40,673 bases of DNA from Naegleria gruberi (taxonomy: Eukaryota), in assembly GCA_000004985.1 (NCBI GenBank), contig GG738955.1; one strand, given 5' to 3'. Both the position numbers and the translations under genes were made by a program. This document shows, one piece after another, positions 40,244-40,673 of the stretch. Position 1 is the first letter of the stretch. Each line of letters begins with the position of its first letter. The notes beneath the pieces are model-generated. The model was given only the letters and a program-made list of their open reading frames with translations, was not told where the DNA came from and did no database searches.

Positions 40244-40673
40244 ATGCAAGATCAACTAGAGTTTTACATTTATGATGATTTATTAGATATCATTCTTGGA
40301 TTCGTTCCATACTTCTATCAGTGGAAATTCAAGAGAGTGAACAAAACTTGGAAAAAAACAATTACAAGATTACAAAAACGTGTATTATCGGAAAGGTTTA
40401 GGAATGCTCCAAGACCCGATAGGATCGAACATATAACATCAAATGAATTACGTAAAGGATATGTACAATTAAATGATCTTGCACTTGTGGAGAAGAAGGA
40501 TTGGAACAAGTTTCGAATGGATTTATATTTGAGAAATTCAACATCTGCAATTTCCTTTTTAAAACAATTTTATTATTTGGATAATTTACAATGGGTCGTT
40601 ACACAGAACGATAACCAAGAAGATTCATTAATGACATGTTCCCAATTGAAAGTGAACTATTTCATTTCTTTAA
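40244..40673 (+). CDS. F-box-like protein, 3' partial (143 codons running off the window end). It is absent from the ORF track because it has no stop.
   Basis: ATG preceded by seven A. The N-terminus 'LEFYIYDDLLDIILGFVPYFYQWKFKRVNKTWKKTI' fits the F-box pattern (L..D/E.L..IL.....….KF..V.K.W...I). I translated it by hand and found no stop codon through 40673. Confidence 0.5.
   Translation, partial: MQDQLEFYIYDDLLDIILGFVPYFYQWKFKRVNKTWKKTITRLQKRVLSERFRNAPRPDRIEHITSNELRKGYVQLNDLALVEKKDWNKFRMDLYLRNSTSAISFLKQFYYLDNLQWVVTQNDNQEDSLMTCSQLKVNYFISL

Noticed and set aside
1-40673. Ciliate-type or other non-standard genetic code.
   Set aside because: TAA (gene 1, beta-CA), TGA (NHL/EGF gene) and TAG (GTPase) each terminate a well-supported ORF at a sensible position. 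No long ORF needs read-through.
1-40673. tRNA, rRNA, CRISPR arrays and prokaryotic operon structure.
   Set aside because: I saw no GC-rich cloverleaf-sized segments and no regularly spaced identical repeats with unique spacers. Gene spacing, A-run start contexts and AATAAA signals indicate a eukaryotic nuclear locus.

Overview
About 75% of this 40.7-kb window is N (six gaps totalling 30,674 nt, plus two isolated n at 11990 and 39697), so only about 10 kb of real sequence is visible. It looks like a scaffolded draft assembly of an AT-rich, intron-poor microbial eukaryote. I cannot name the taxon. The supporting signals are: ATG starts preceded by A-runs, AATAAA-like signals, all three standard stop codons in use (TAA, TGA, TAG), N/T-rich glycoprotein linkers, and an F-box, a CAAX-tailed Ras-like GTPase and a beta-carbonic anhydrase. 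Gaps truncate most genes. The recognisable coding pieces are listed here. (1) A 5'-truncated protein made of ~36-aa DUF4116-like repeats (2-1141, +), with a paralog starting at 5831 (+). (2) Between them, the 3' part of a membrane protein with NHL-type repeats, four or five tenascin-type EGF-like modules, an N/T-rich stalk and a C-terminal TM helix (4213-5613, +). (3) A secreted protein of unknown family (12125-12985, -). (4) A beta-class carbonic anhydrase with a long S/N-rich N-terminal extension that runs into a gap (28890-29902, -). (5) The C-terminal half of a Ras-family GTPase ending in a CAAX box, CTVQ (39628-40023, +). (6) An F-box-like ORF running off the window end (40244-40673, +) that the ORF track missed. 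I found no classical multi-gene system in the visible sequence. Two non-coding signals stand out. One is a roughly 24-bp-phased array of CGTCA/TGACG dyad sites (6393-6615). The other is an exact 8-mer, TGTGAAAT, found only in sense orientation downstream of stop codons, which may be a 3'-end or UTR element. Anything inside the gaps, including a 15-kb gap, cannot be assessed. I did not recognise any rRNA, tRNA, CRISPR array or clear transposon.
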